A stretch of 64,000 nucleotides of DNA from Candidatus Eiseniibacteriota bacterium (GTDB taxonomy: Bacteria > Eisenbacteria > RBG-16-71-46): the NCBI GenBank assembly GCA_031370785.1, contig JANMQY010000023.1:1-64000 (forward strand), given 5' to 3'. The notes below the pieces were generated by a model. That model was not told the origin of the DNA. It made no database searches and was given only the letters and a program-made list of their open reading frames with translations. Positions 1-11,046 of this stretch are shown one piece after another (within the stretch, counting starts at the first letter, position 1; the number at the start of each line of letters is the position of its first letter). Position numbers and translations under genes: made by a program.

Positions 1-375
1 ATCTCGTTCTCGCCACGGGTTCGCTTCCGGCTCCGTCCGCACTTCACGCTCGGTGCGGGCCCCGAAATGCGGTGGCTCCTGCGCGCGAGCTCGAGGATCT
101 CGACCGAGTTCCGGCCGGTCGCCGGCTCGCCGTCGCGCCACGCGCGACCGGCCGCGCAGATCTTCGAGGACCTCAGCGAGCCGTTCGACGTCACCGGCGC
201 GTACGAGCGGCTCAGTATGGCCGTCTCGGGCGGCGCGGGATTCATCTGGCCGCTGCATGCGCACGAGGTTCGTATGGACGCGGAGTGGCTCGAAGGAGTG
301 ACGGACGTGGTCAAGTCCTCGAGCAACTCGCGCCGCCCGCGGGCGGCGCGGCTGTCGTTCGGGCTGGCGTGGTGA
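1..375 (+). CDS. Outer-membrane beta-barrel protein (PorT/OMP_b-brl-like), 5'-truncated by the window edge
   Basis: Frame 1 is open from base 1 (ISFSPRVRFRLRPHFTLGAGPEMRWLL...). It shows amphipathic beta-strands and a C-terminal aromatic beta-signal (LSFGLAW*). Confidence 0.55.
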   Translation: MSFSPRVRFRLRPHFTLGAGPEMRWLLRASSRISTEFRPVAGSPSRHARPAAQIFEDLSEPFDVTGAYERLSMAVSGGAGFIWPLHAHEVRMDAEWLEGVTDVVKSSSNSRRPRAARLSFGLAW

Positions 376-468
376 GATCGGGCGGCGCCGCGCTTGCGCG
401 CTCGCGGGCCCTTGCCTAGAGTCGCGCGATCTTGTGACACATGCTGCGCACCACTCGAGGACGATGCG

Positions 469-915
469 ATGCTGAAGGAACTGGCCACGGGGCTCGGCGT
501 CACGCTCGAGAACCTGTTCAAGAAGCCGTTCACCGTGCACTACCCGGACGAGAAGCTCGAGATGTTCCCTCGCTTCCGCGGCCTGCACATCCTCGCCCGA
601 CACGAGGACGGCCTCGAGCGCTGCGTGGGTTGCGAGCTGTGCGCGGTGGCGTGCCCGGCGGACGCGATCTTCGTGAAGGCCGCCGAGAACGACCCGGCGC
701 ACCCGGTGTCGCACGGCGAGCGCTACGCCGAGCGCTACGAGATCAACATGCTGCGCTGCATCTTCTGCGGCATGTGCGAAGAGGCCTGCCCGGAAGACGC
801 GATCTACCTCGAGAAGGACTACGAGCTGTCCGACTATGATCGCGATGCCTTCATCTACACCAAGGACGAGCTGCTGGTGGGGCCCGAGAAGTCCGGTTAC
901 TTGCCGGCGCGCTGA
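469..915 (+). CDS. nuoI: NADH-quinone oxidoreductase subunit I
   Basis: Motifs: TVHYP..K..FPRFRG, two 4Fe-4S motifs ([24 protein letters not shown]) and [15 protein letters not shown] precedes ATG 469. Confidence 0.93.
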   Translation: MLKELATGLGVTLENLFKKPFTVHYPDEKLEMFPRFRGLHILARHEDGLERCVGCELCAVACPADAIFVKAAENDPAHPVSHGERYAERYEINMLRCIFCGMCEEACPEDAIYLEKDYELSDYDRDAFIYTKDELLVGPEKSGYLPAR

Positions 916-967
916 GGCGGAACGCTTCCGGCGTGGGGCATCGGGCGGGCCCATCGGCCCGCCTTTC

Positions 968-1957
968 TCATGAAGTGACGGCTCGCGTCGCGGCCACTCC
1001 GAGCTGCGCCAGCAGCTTCTCCGCCAGCCGATCCCAGCTCCAGCGCGCGGCCTCGGGCGGGCCGGCTGCGGCGAGGCGGCCGCGCAGCACACTGTCGCTG
1101 AGCGCGCGGCCGATCGCGGCCCGCAGAAACCAGGGATGGCGGACCGCGACCAGCGCGTTGTCGCCGTTGCGCGCGAAGTCCGCGGTGCCGCTCGACGTGC
1201 ACACCACGGCGCAGCCGCACGCCATCGCCTCGAGCGCGGTGTTGCACCAGCCCGCCTTGCGCTCCGCCGCGACGAACACGTCCGCCGACTGGTAGAGCGC
1301 GACCAGCTCGTCCTGGGTGGGGTTGAGCACGAAGCGCGCGTTCGCGGGCAGCGGCGCACCGTCCCTCGGATCCTGCCGGTTGTGCTGGTCCACGTGATCG
1401 AACAGCACCAGCTCGAACTCGGGCACCCGCCTCAGGCCCCGCGTCGCCTCGAGCACGAGGTTGGTGCCCTTCTTGGCGCGCGAGCGGCGGCCGTTGGCCA
1501 GCACGCGCAGCGGGGCCGCGCGGTGCCGGGCAGGATCGGGAATGAACTGGTCCGGGTTGATTCCTCCGGCGCCATCCAGAACCGCAAGCCGGGTGCGTCG
1601 CGCCAGCGACCGGCGCAGCGCACTCGAGTTGGCCGCCAGCCGGGCGGAGACATCGCGCGCGCGCGCGACCCCGGGGTCGTTCTCGATCACGCAGTAGTAG
1701 AGGTGGATTCCGGCGCGGTGCGCGGCGAAGGCCTCGAGCGTGTGCGGATCGGCGCTGATCGCGAGATCGGCGCGCCCGCTCGCCGATTCGGCCAGCGGGC
1801 GCGTCTGTCCGCGATAGGGCAGCCATGATGGGGGCTCGCCGCCCGGATGGTAGAGGGTCACCTCGTGACCCATCCGCGACCAGGAGTTCCCCAGCTCGAT
1901 GAAGCGGCGGACGCCTCCGAACACTCCGACGTGAGGCAGAAAAGTGCTGATACGCAT
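968..1957 (-). CDS. Glycosyltransferase family 4 (GT-B)
   Basis: N-terminal GVFGGVRRF, central KKG, and the GT4 C-terminal signature LYQSADVFV...NTALEAMACGCAVV. Confidence 0.85.
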   Translation of the reverse strand: MRISTFLPHVGVFGGVRRFIELGNSWSRMGHEVTLYHPGGEPPSWLPYRGQTRPLAESASGRADLAISADPHTLEAFAAHRAGIHLYYCVIENDPGVARARDVSARLAANSSALRRSLARRTRLAVLDGAGGINPDQFIPDPARHRAAPLRVLANGRRSRAKKGTNLVLEATRGLRRVPEFELVLFDHVDQHNRQDPRDGAPLPANARFVLNPTQDELVALYQSADVFVAAERKAGWCNTALEAMACGCAVVCTSSGTADFARNGDNALVAVRHPWFLRAAIGRALSDSVLRGRLAAAGPPEAARWSWDRLAEKLLAQLGVAATRAVTS

Positions 1958-2153
1958 TGCCGGGCACGCTAGCAGAGGGGGCTCGGCGCGCGCGAATCGT
2001 CGGCATGTGCAACGCAGGACAGCGGACGACGTTCTCCATTGAAACAGGCGAATGATTCGATTCGACACAGGGACTCGTATGCGATCTCGCATCCCAGATG
2101 AGGTGGCTCACCCAAATGGTTGAGCCGCATCCATATGGCTCCGAGCGGCGGGA

Positions 2154-2170
2154 TTGGTACGCGACCTGCT
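2154..2170 (+). promoter_or_regulatory. Candidate sigma-54 (-24/-12) promoter of hsp20-dnaK
   Basis: TTGGTACGCGACCTGCT has GG-N10-GC spacing and is close to the TGGCACG-N4-TTGCW consensus. It lies 100 nt before hsp20. Confidence 0.6.
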
Positions 2171-2269
2171 ATTGCGCGAGCGTCGGCATGATTCAACTGC
2201 GGTGCGCGCCGCGCGCCGCGCAACCCAACCGAGCGCCTCGGTCAGGCGCAGTTCAGGGAGGTAGTCGAG

Positions 2270-2722
2270 ATGAGACTCATGCGTTGGACCCCAGTCAGTC
2301 CCACCCGGGAAATGTTCAACCTGCAGGATGAAGTCCACCGGCTGTTCGGTGATCTGGCAACCCATTCCCCGCTCCGCGGTGATGTGGCTCCTCTGTTTGC
2401 GCCTCCCGTGGATATCCACGAGACTGCCGAGGCGTTTGTGATCCGGATGGACCTGCCTGGAGTCTCGCCAAAAGATGTGAAGGTCAGCCTGCTTGGCGAT
2501 ACCCTCACCATCCGTGGTGAGCGGACGCAGCAGTTCGACGAGTCGAATGGGAACGCTCAGCGTCTGGAGCGCGTTTACGGCGCCTTTGAACGTTCGTTCA
2601 GCCTCGACTCCGCGGTGCGCGGCGACAACGTCAAGGCGAATTACCGCGACGGAGTGCTCGAGGTCCAGGTCGCGAAGGCCGAACAGGCCCGCGTCCACGA
2701 CATCGAAGTTCAGGCCGGCTAG
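2270..2722 (+). CDS. Hsp20/alpha-crystallin small heat shock protein
   Basis: PPVDIHET, DLPGV, LTIRGER, ERVYGAFERSF, ANYRDGVLEV; SD GGGAGGT. Confidence 0.95.
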   Translation: MRLMRWTPVSPTREMFNLQDEVHRLFGDLATHSPLRGDVAPLFAPPVDIHETAEAFVIRMDLPGVSPKDVKVSLLGDTLTIRGERTQQFDESNGNAQRLERVYGAFERSFSLDSAVRGDNVKANYRDGVLEVQVAKAEQARVHDIEVQAG

Positions 2723-2813
2723 AGTTCGGAATCGATTTCATTTTTGGACGGCCCACGATCCCTGAGTCCTCGGGGACGTGGGCGTTGTCCTTGAACACAA
2801 AAGGAAGGATCAA

Positions 2814-4733
2814 ATGGGCAAAGTCATCGGCATCGATCTCGGAACCACCAATTCGTGCGTGGCGGTCATGGAGGGCGGCGAGCCGAAGGTGATCCCCAAC
2901 GCGGAAGGTTTCCGAACCACTCCATCGGTGGTGGCGTTCTCCAAGAATGGAGAGCGACTGGTCGGACTGGTCGCCCGCCGTCAGGCCGTGACCAACCCCA
3001 CAAACACGGTTTACTCGATCAAGCGTTTCATGGGCCGCAAGTACGACGAGGTGCAGAGCGAGCTGAAGCTCGTGCCCTACACGGTCGTGCGCGGCGAGAA
3101 CGGCGATTGCCGGATCAAGATCGGCTCCGAGGAGTTCTCGCCACCCGAGATCTCGGCGATGATCCTGCAGAAGATGAAGCAGACCGCCGAGGACTATCTC
3201 GGTGAGAAGGTCACCGAGGCCGTGATCACGGTGCCGGCGTATTTCAACGACAGTCAGCGCCAGGCCACCAAGGATGCCGGCCGCATCGCCGGTCTCGACG
3301 TGAAGCGTATCATCAACGAGCCGACCGCGGCCGCTCTGGCCTACGGCCTCGACAAGAAGAAGGACGAGAAGATCGCGGTCTTCGACCTCGGCGGCGGAAC
3401 GTTCGACATCTCCGTGCTCGAGATCGGCGACGGCGTGTTCGAGGTGCGCTCGACCAATGGCGACACCCACCTCGGCGGCGACGACTTCGACCAGCGGGTG
3501 ATCGACTGGCTCGCCGAGGAATTCAAGAAGCAGGAAGGCATCGATCTGCGCAAGGACGCCATGGCGCTTCAGCGGCTCAAGGAAGCCGCCGAGAAGGCCA
3601 AGATGGAGCTGTCCGGCACGCTCGAGACCGACGTCAACCTGCCGTTCATCACCGCCGATCAGAACGGCCCCAAGCACCTCAACATCAAACTCACCCGCGC
3701 CAAGCTCGAGCAGCTCGTCGCGGATCTGATCGAGCGCTGCCGCGGCCCGGTGTTGCAGGCGCTCAAGGACGCCGGCCTTTCCGCTTCGCAGATCGACGAA
3801 GTCGTGCTGGTGGGTGGCGCGACGCGCATGCCCAAGGTGCAGGAGCTGGTGCGGCAGATCTTCGGGAAGGAGCCGCACAAGGGCGTCAATCCCGATGAAG
3901 TGGTTGCGATCGGCGCCGCCATCCAGGGCGCGGTACTGACCGGCGATGTGCGCGACGTCGTGCTGCTCGACGTGACCCCGCTCTCGCTCGGGATCGAGAC
4001 CAAGGGTGGGGTGATGACCACGATGATTCCGCGCAACACCACGATCCCGACCCGCAAGATGGAGGTGTTCTCGACCGCGGCGGACAACCAGACCACGGTC
4101 GAGGTGCACGTGCTGCAGGGCGAGCGGCCGATGGCCAGCGGCAACAAGACCATCGGCAAGTTCCATCTGGACGGCATTCCGCCGGCACCGATGGGAGTCC
4201 CGCAGGTCGAGGTCGCGTTCGACATCGACGCCAACGGCATCCTGCACGTCTCTGCCAAGGACCGCGCGACCGCGAAGGAGCAGAGCATTCGCATCGAGGC
4301 ATCGAGCGGGCTCAGCGAGCGCGACATCCAGCAGATGGTGACCGACGCCGAGGTGCACGCGGCCGAGGATCGCAAGCGCAAGGAGGCGGTCGAGGTCCGC
4401 AACAACGCGGACAGCCTGGTCTACGAGGTCGAGAAGAATCTCAAGGAGCATGCGGACAAGATCGACGGGGCGCTCAAGACTCGCATCGAAGCTGCGCTCG
4501 GCACGCTGCGCGACGCGCTCAAGGGCGAGGATGTCGATGCGATCCGCACCGCGACCGAGGCTCTCAGCACGGTGTGGCACGAGGCCGCGGCGGCGATGTA
4601 TCAGGCCACCGGGGCACAGGGAGGGCAGGGTGCCGGGGATGCGAGCCAGCCGGGGCAGGAATCAGGGGCCGGACGCGGGAAGGGCAAGGGCGGCGACGGC
4701 GCCGTGGACGCGGATTTCGAAGTGGTCAACTAG
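2814..4733 (+). CDS. dnaK: Molecular chaperone DnaK (Hsp70)
   Basis: [25 protein letters not shown] and C-terminal [18 protein letters not shown] before ATG 2814. Confidence 0.98.
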   Translation: MGKVIGIDLGTTNSCVAVMEGGEPKVIPNAEGFRTTPSVVAFSKNGERLVGLVARRQAVTNPTNTVYSIKRFMGRKYDEVQSELKLVPYTVVRGENGDCRIKIGSEEFSPPEISAMILQKMKQTAEDYLGEKVTEAVITVPAYFNDSQRQATKDAGRIAGLDVKRIINEPTAAALAYGLDKKKDEKIAVFDLGGGTFDISVLEIGDGVFEVRSTNGDTHLGGDDFDQRVIDWLAEEFKKQEGIDLRKDAMALQRLKEAAEKAKMELSGTLETDVNLPFITADQNGPKHLNIKLTRAKLEQLVADLIERCRGPVLQALKDAGLSASQIDEVVLVGGATRMPKVQELVRQIFGKEPHKGVNPDEVVAIGAAIQGAVLTGDVRDVVLLDVTPLSLGIETKGGVMTTMIPRNTTIPTRKMEVFSTAADNQTTVEVHVLQGERPMASGNKTIGKFHLDGIPPAPMGVPQVEVAFDIDANGILHVSAKDRATAKEQSIRIEASSGLSERDIQQMVTDAEVHAAEDRKRKEAVEVRNNADSLVYEVEKNLKEHADKIDGALKTRIEAALGTLRDALKGEDVDAIRTATEALSTVWHEAAAAMYQATGAQGGQGAGDASQPGQESGAGRGKGKGGDGAVDADFEVVN

Positions 4734-4799
4734 GCAGGCGTCCAGGGTCGGGCCGGCTTTTCGAGCCGGCGCGTGCCCCGCGCTGGAGAATCGGGAATC

Positions 4800-4834
4800 G
4801 GCGGCGTCGGACTCTCGGTCCGCGCCGCCTTTTT
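4800..4834 (+). terminator. Rho-independent terminator after dnaK
   Basis: GGCGGCGTCGGAC-TCTCG-GTCCGCGCCGCC hairpin followed by TTTTT. Confidence 0.7.
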
Positions 4835-4887
4835 CGTTGCGCTGGGTGAGGGCGCGAAACTAGATTGGCCTCGCCTTGTTCCCGACC

Positions 4888-6396
4888 ATGAATGCGCTCC
4901 CGAGCCCGACCTTTCCAGCGCCTCTGTTGTGGGCGCAGGGCGCGGCGATGCTCGCGTACGGCCTTGCCCAGGCCCTGATCGTTCTCTACTCCTCGCACCG
5001 CTGGCTGATCCTGTGGCGCCTCCGGCGGGGCGTCAAAGCCCTCACGCAGCATCGGCCGATCGATCCGGCGCAGCTTCCGTCGGTCACGGTGCAGCTGCCG
5101 GTCTTCAATGAGCGGAGCGTGGTCGGGCGGCTGATCGACGCGGTGGCGGCCCTCGATTATCCGGCCGATCGCCTCGAGATCCAGGTGCTCGACGATTCGA
5201 CCGACGAGACTCGCGCGATCGCCGCGGCCGCCGCCCGGCGCCACCGCGCGCGTGGCGTAAACGTCGTGCATCGGCATCGCGCCCGGCGCGACGGCTTCAA
5301 GGCCGGCGCGCTCTCCGAGGGGCTGGCCCACGCGCGCGGCGAGCTGATCGCGGTGTTCGATGCCGACTTCGTCCCGCACCCGGACTTCCTGCGCCGCACG
5401 GTGCCGCACTTCGACGATCCGGCGGTGGGCATGTGTCAGGCCCGGTGGGGGCATCTCAACCGCGACGAATCGCTGCTGACCCGCGCGCAGGCGGTCATGC
5501 TCGATGCGCACTTCCTGCTCGAGCACGAGGCGCGCATGCGCGGCGGGCTGTTCTTCAACTTCAACGGAACCGCGGGGGTGTGGCGTCGCGCGTGCATCGA
5601 AGCGGCGGGGGGCTGGCAGCACGACACGCTGACCGAAGATCTGGATCTCAGCTACCGCGCGCAGCTCGCGGGCTGGCGATTCGTGTTCGATCGGGAGGTG
5701 GTCGCGCCCGCGGAGCTGCCCGCGGACATCGAGGCGCTCAAGTCGCAGCAACGGCGCTGGGCCAAAGGCTCGATCCAGACCGCACGCAAGCTGCTGCCCG
5801 CGCTGCTGCGGGCGCCATTGCCCGCGCGGGTCAAGCTCGAGGGCTTCCTCCATCTGACCGGCAACGTCGCCTACCCGCTGTTGCTCGCGCTCGGGCTGCT
5901 GTTGCTCCCGTTGCTGCTCGGCACCGCCGCCGTGCGCCCGGAGCTGGTGTGGACGTTGCAGGCCGTCGTCGTTCTGCTCGGCGTCGTGCCGGTCACGGTG
6001 TTTCTCGCTGCGGGGCAGCACGCGGCGGGCCTTCGCGGTCCGCGAATGGTGCGGGACGTGCTCGCGGCCCTCGTGCTCGGGGTCGGGCTGTCGGTGAACA
6101 ACGCGCGCGCGGTGGCAGAAGGGCTGGGCTCGCAGGTGGGAGGATGGGAGCGCACTCCCAAGGCGGGAAGCTCACGCGCTCCGGGCCAGATGCAGGCCTA
6201 CCTTTCGGCGAGCGGCCCGAGCGGGCGGAGTGAAGCAGTGCTGGCAACCTGGTTCGGATTGCTCGGCGCCTTTGCCGCGCTGGCCGGCCACTATCGCGCG
6301 GTGCCGTTCCTTGCGCTGCTCGCGATCGGATTCGGATCGGTCGGCCTGGGCTCGATCCGGGCCAGCGCGCCGGAGCGGCGCGCCCCTAGAGCCTGA
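4888..6396 (+). CDS. Membrane glycosyltransferase family 2 (cellulose-synthase-like, D,D,D,QxxRW). Start is 4876 (TTG) or 4888 (ATG).
   Basis: VTVQLPVFNE, VLDDSTD, FKAGAL, FDADF, TEDLDL, QQRRW and C-terminal TM helices. Confidence 0.88.
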   Translation: MNALPSPTFPAPLLWAQGAAMLAYGLAQALIVLYSSHRWLILWRLRRGVKALTQHRPIDPAQLPSVTVQLPVFNERSVVGRLIDAVAALDYPADRLEIQVLDDSTDETRAIAAAAARRHRARGVNVVHRHRARRDGFKAGALSEGLAHARGELIAVFDADFVPHPDFLRRTVPHFDDPAVGMCQARWGHLNRDESLLTRAQAVMLDAHFLLEHEARMRGGLFFNFNGTAGVWRRACIEAAGGWQHDTLTEDLDLSYRAQLAGWRFVFDREVVAPAELPADIEALKSQQRRWAKGSIQTARKLLPALLRAPLPARVKLEGFLHLTGNVAYPLLLALGLLLLPLLLGTAAVRPELVWTLQAVVVLLGVVPVTVFLAAGQHAAGLRGPRMVRDVLAALVLGVGLSVNNARAVAEGLGSQVGGWERTPKAGSSRAPGQMQAYLSASGPSGRSEAVLATWFGLLGAFAALAGHYRAVPFLALLAIGFGSVGLGSIRASAPERRAPRA

Positions 6397-7723
6397 CGAT
6401 CTTCTCGCTCCTGCGACCCTTGAGGGCGTTGCGCGTGTCCACCACCGCCTTGGAGTGCTTGAGCACCGAGGCGTAGGACACGCCGGAGTGCGCGGTCGCG
6501 ATCACCGCGCAGTCGAAGCGCCTGAGGTTGCTCGACGAGAGCGGCACGCTCTTCAGCCTGCGTCCGGCGAACTGCAGCTCGGGCACGAACGGATCGCTGT
6601 ACTCGATGCGCGCGCCGCGCTCGCGCAGCGTCTCCATGATGTCGAGCGAGGGGCTCTCGCGCGTGTCGTCGATCTCGGCCTTGTAGGCCACGCCGAGCAC
6701 CAGCACGCGTGAGCCGCGCACCGCCTTGCCGCGGCGATTGAGCGCCTCGGCGACGAGATTCACCACGTGCTCGGGCATCTGGCCGTTGACGTGTCCGGCC
6801 AGCTCGATGAAGCGCGCTTCGAACCCGCTGGCCCGCGCCTTCCACGAAAGGTAGAAGGGATCGATCGGGATGCAGTGCCCTCCCAGGCCCGGGCCGGGAT
6901 AGAACGGCATGAAGCCGAACGGCTTGGTCGCCGCCGCAGTAATGACTTCCCATACATCGATGCCGAGCCGCGAACACATCAGCGCCAGCTCGTTCACGAG
7001 CCCGATGTTGACGCTGCGGAACGTGTTCTCGAGCAGCTTCACCATCTCGGCGACCTGGGTCGAGGAAACCGGGACCACGGTCTCGAGGCGCTGGCGATAG
7101 AGCTTGACCGCGACTTCGGTGCAGGCCGGCGTGACTCCGCCCACCACCTTCGGGATATTGCGCGTGTTGAAATGCGGGTTGCCGGGGTCGACCCGCTCCG
7201 GCGAGAAGGCGAGGAAGAAGTCCTTTCCGACCTTCATGCCGGTCTCTTCGAGCAGCGGCAGGATCAGCTCGTCGGTGGTTCCGGGATAGGTCGTGCTCTC
7301 GAGGATCACCAGCATGCCGGGGTGCAGGAACTTCGCCACCTGCTTGGACGCCGCCACGATGTAGGAGACGTCGGGGTCGCGCTGCTTGGAAAGGGGAGTC
7401 GGCACGCACACGTTCACCGCATCCACCTTCTTGAGTATCCCGAAGTCGGTGGTGGCCTGCAGATGGCCGGAGCGGGTCAGGGCGCGCACGTCGGCAGTCG
7501 GAACGTCCTGAATGTAGGAGCGGCCCTGCTGCAGATTGCGGACCCGACCCTCGTCGATGTCGATGCCGTGCACGTGGAAGCCGGCCTGGCCGAACTCGAC
7601 CGCGAGCGGCAACCCCACGTAACCCAGGCCGATCACAGCCAGGTTCGCGGTGCGATCTTCGATCTTTCGGGAGAGCTTTTCGACGGAAGAGGAGCCCGCC
7701 GATCGTCTGGATTGGGTCGACAT
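6386..7723 (-). CDS. Nucleotide-sugar dehydrogenase (UDP-glucose/GDP-mannose dehydrogenase family, WbpA/WecC-like)
   Basis: GLGYVGLPLA, CVPTP, ESTTYPGTT, SPERVDPGN, GGHCIPIDP. Confidence 0.93.
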   Translation of the reverse strand: MSTQSRRSAGSSSVEKLSRKIEDRTANLAVIGLGYVGLPLAVEFGQAGFHVHGIDIDEGRVRNLQQGRSYIQDVPTADVRALTRSGHLQATTDFGILKKVDAVNVCVPTPLSKQRDPDVSYIVAASKQVAKFLHPGMLVILESTTYPGTTDELILPLLEETGMKVGKDFFLAFSPERVDPGNPHFNTRNIPKVVGGVTPACTEVAVKLYRQRLETVVPVSSTQVAEMVKLLENTFRSVNIGLVNELALMCSRLGIDVWEVITAAATKPFGFMPFYPGPGLGGHCIPIDPFYLSWKARASGFEARFIELAGHVNGQMPEHVVNLVAEALNRRGKAVRGSRVLVLGVAYKAEIDDTRESPSLDIMETLRERGARIEYSDPFVPELQFAGRRLKSVPLSSSNLRRFDCAVIATAHSGVSYASVLKHSKAVVDTRNALKGRRSEKIVRL

Positions 7724-7991
7724 AGACGCCGGAGGCTATCAGAGCGTCGAAACGGCCGTCAACGCAGCCTGGCTCGACGGCCACGAACTGCAGGAGAATC
7801 CGCTTGACCCGCGCGCCGAGTGCTTCGAAACTTCCGCCTCGATCACGCGAGGTTGCCTGTTCGACCCGTGATGCTGACTACCCTCGCCGTTGTGAAGCGA
7901 TTCGGACGTGCCATCGTTTCCGCCTCAGGGTATTCGACCACGGACGGCAATGGGGAACCTCGCGCTTTTTTTCCTTGAGCCTCGTGGCCCC

Positions 7992-8794
<803 letters not shown>

Positions 8795-8798
<4 letters not shown>

Positions 8799-10402
8799 GC
8801 ACAGCGCCGCTGCTGGTCGTGAATGGCAGGCTGTGGGACGGCGTTCCGCTCGCGCACGACGCACTCTGCGCGGTCGATGACCGGATCGTCGCGCTCGGGA
8901 CCACGGCGGGGCTGCGCGAGCGCTTCGGTTCATCGCGTGACGCGACCGTGATCGACGCCGCGGGCTCGAGCGTCACTCCGGGGCTGTGCGATGCGCACAT
9001 TCATCTCCTGGCGTGGGCCCGCTCGCAGAGCGAGGTGGCGCTGCTCGGATCGAAGAGCCGCGCCGAAGCGCTCGCGCGGGTGACTGCATTCCTCGCCGAG
9101 CGGCCCGGCACTGGAGTGATCGTGGGCCGTGGCTGGGAGGCTTCGACCTGGCGGGAGCCGCCCGAGCGTGCCGCGCTCGATGCGCTGGCCGCGGATCGCC
9201 CGGTGCTGCTCCACAGCAAGGATTTCCACACGCTGTGGGTGAACGGCGCGGCGCTGCGCGCGGCCGGCGTGTCGCGCCACACGCCCGATCCCGAAGGCGG
9301 CGTGATCGAACGCGACGCGACCGGCGAGCCCACCGGCATCCTGCGCGAGAACGCGGTGCGGCCCTTCGAGCGGCTGCAGGCCGATGCCGGGCTCGCGGCG
9401 GGCTCGGAGGATGCGCAGCTCGCCGCCGCGGCGCGCGCGCTGCACGCATTGGGTATCACCCAGGTGCACGACTTCGAGCGCGGTAAGGTGACGCTTCACG
9501 CGATGCGCCGGTTCGCCACCGGCACGGGACCACGGGTGCGGGTGCTGCAGAGTCTGGGGCTGCCCGAACTGGAGCGCGCGCTCGAGATGGGGCTCGAGAG
9601 CGGGATCGGCGACGACTGGTTTCGCATCGGGCATATCAAGCTGTTCGCCGACGGGACGCTCGGGTCGCGCACCGCGGCGATGCTCGAGCCCTACGAGGGC
9701 ACGACCGACCTCGGCCTGGAGACCCTGACCCCCGCCGAGGTGCGCGAGATGGTCGGACGCGCCGCGCGTGGAGGACTCGCGGTCGCGATCCACGCGATCG
9801 GCGACCGTGCGTGTCGCACCGCCCTCGATGCGTTCTCGGCCGCCGGGAATGCGCTGCGAGTGCCTTCACTTCCTCCGCGCATCGAGCACGCCCAGCTCGT
9901 GGCGGAAGGGGACCTTTCGCGCTTCGCCGCGCTCGGGGTCGCGGCCAGCATGCAGCCCGTGCACTGCGTCTCGGACGCGGCGCAGGCGAGGCTCGGCTGG
10001 GGGAAGCGCTGCGCCGGTTCGTACGCATGGCGCACGCTGCTGGATCGCGGCGCGTTGCTCGCGTTCGGCTCGGACGCCCCGGTCGAATCGCCCGCCCCGG
10101 GCGCCGCGCTCGAGGCCGCGCTCACCCGGCGCGATGAGCATGGGGCGCCCTTCTTTCCCGGGCAGTGCATCGATCTGGATCAAGCGCTCGCTGCATACAC
10201 CCGCGGCCCCGCCTTGCTGGCCGGAGCGGCCGGACGTCTCGGCACGCTCGCGCCCGGCGCGGCGGCGGATGTAGTGGTCTGGGACCGGGATCTGCACCGC
10301 ACGCCGGCGAATCGTTTGCATGAAGCCGGAGCTTCATGCACCGTAGTTGGCGGTCAAGTGGTGCATGGGGCCGGCCGAGCAGCCGCCCCGGCCCGGCGCT
10401 GA
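8795..10402 (+). CDS. Metal-dependent amidohydrolase (Amidohydro_3/YtcJ-like)
   Basis: PGLCDAHIH, KLFADG, HAIGD, RIEHAQ, GSDAP; GTGA overlap with the upstream stop. Confidence 0.88.
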
Positions 10403-10418
10403 CCCAGGGGAGCGTTCC

Positions 10419-11039
10419 GTGAAGACGGTCGAATACAGAACCCAGACCGACGAAGAGCTGGTGCGCCTCGGCCAGGCCGGGGACACGCGCGCCTTCGACG
10501 AGCTGGTGGATCGCTACCGCGACAAAGTCTTCCGCCTGTCGTTCAAGATCCTGCGGCACGAGGAGGACGCCGCCGAGGCGATGCAGGACGCATTCCTCTC
10601 GGCATTCCGCGGTCTCAAGAACTTCAAGATCGAATCCACGTTCTCGACCTGGCTGTATCGGATCGCGACCAACGCGGCGCTCATGAAGTACCGCAAGCGG
10701 CGCGACGGGCACGTCTCGCTCGAGCAGTCCCAGAGCTCGAACGAGGACGCCGAGCCGATGCAGATCACCGACTGGTCCACGCAGCCGGTGCAGGATCTGC
10801 TCGACTCCGAGACCCGCGACGTGATGGAAGAGGGCATCCAGAGCCTCTCCGAGGAGCTGCGCACCGTGTTCGTGCTGCGCGACGTCGAGGGATTGTCCAA
10901 CACCGAGGTCGCGGAGGTGCTCCACCTTTCGGTGGCCGCGGTGAAGTCGCGCCTGCACCGCGCTCGTCTCGAGCTGCGCGGGCGCCTCAACCGCTACTTC
11001 GCGGACAAGCTCACCCGCCGGGAGCGCGGACGGGCCTGA
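10419..11039 (+). CDS. ECF sigma-70 family RNA polymerase sigma factor
   Basis: Region 2 (AFDELVDRY, DAAEAMQDAF, FSTWLYRIATN) and region 4 HTH (EGLSNTEVAEVL...VKSRLHRAR). Confidence 0.93.
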   Translation: MKTVEYRTQTDEELVRLGQAGDTRAFDELVDRYRDKVFRLSFKILRHEEDAAEAMQDAFLSAFRGLKNFKIESTFSTWLYRIATNAALMKYRKRRDGHVSLEQSQSSNEDAEPMQITDWSTQPVQDLLDSETRDVMEEGIQSLSEELRTVFVLRDVEGLSNTEVAEVLHLSVAAVKSRLHRARLELRGRLNRYFADKLTRRERGRA

Positions 11040-11046
11040 CCGCGAA

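Noticed and set aside
2631..4580. 649-aa ORF antisense to dnaK, and similar long antisense or alternate-frame ORFs (e.g. 39161-42466, 11950-14094, 31644-33566)
   Set aside because: These are shadow ORFs caused by high GC3 codon bias opposite clear genes; they carry no protein motifs.
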